A DNA stretch of 20,000 nt from Chiloscyllium plagiosum (lineage: Eukaryota), in the NCBI RefSeq assembly GCF_004010195.1, contig NC_057719.1, positions 83,843,270 to 83,863,269 of the forward strand. Direction: 5' to 3'. Each line of letters starts with the position of its first letter. Positions within the stretch are counted from its first letter, which is position 1. The position numbers and the translations under genes are program-made. A model generated the notes under the pieces. That model ran no database searches. It worked only from the letters and a program-made list of their open reading frames with translations, and was not told where the DNA came from. Positions 19,710 through 20,000 of this stretch are shown here, one piece after another.

Positions 19710-20000
19710 TTAGAGTCGTAGAGATGTACAGCATGGAAACAGACCCTTCGGTCCAACCAGTCCATGCCGACCAGATATCCCAACCCAATCTAGTCCCACC
19801 TGCCAGCACCCGGCCCATATCCCTCCAAACCCTTCCTATTCATATACCCATCCAAATGCCTCTTAAATGTTGTAATTGTACCAGCCTCCACCACTTCCTC
19901 TGGCAGCTCATTCCATACACGTACCACCCTCTGCGTGAAAAAGTTGACCCTTAGGTCTCTTTTATATCTTTCCTCTCTCACCCTAAACCTATGCCCTCTA
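19710..20000 (-). mobile_element. Young CR1 (HER1-like) LINE 3' end, continuing beyond the window
   Basis: Intact ORF2 end NFFTQRVVRVWNELPEEVVEAGTITTFKRHLDGYM* plus 3' UTR ggaccgaagggtctgtttccatgctgtacatctcta. Confidence 0.95.

Noticed and set aside
1..20000. Neighbouring RAD51B exons (VILTNQITT..., ILIAKSP...)
   Set aside because: Not seen on visual inspection; they probably lie outside the window. tBLASTn would be decisive.
1..20000. CRISPR-like array or prokaryotic/viral system
   Set aside because: Recurrent sequences are dispersed SINE/PLE copies without regular spacing; there are no operon-like or viral ORFs.

Overview
Eukaryotic, repeat-rich intronic DNA from a cartilaginous fish (shark; inferred from HE1 SINEs, shark CR1 LINEs and a DeuSINE). 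One genuine coding exon is present: a 119-bp minus-strand exon at 6376-6494 of RAD51B (AALGNTWSHSVNTRLIVQYLD..RRQ, equivalent to human exon 9), so the rest of the window is most likely RAD51B intron. The introns hold nested, decayed CR1/L2 LINEs, HE1 tRNA-SINEs, a DeuSINE, a Tigger/pogo-like MITE, a hAT-like MITE and at least seven Penelope-like (PLE) terminal fragments. Several PLE fragments carry minimal hammerhead ribozyme cores, target-site duplications and inverted structures. Less obvious items are a cryptic, highly decayed Gypsy-like pol remnant (about 1965-2850), an HE1 copy with an inverted tRNA head, and an unclassified non-coding retroposon (712-1271). Almost all ORFs in the supplied track are repeat-derived or spurious. 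I found no convincing wholly new system. All family assignments are from recalled consensus motifs, not database searches.
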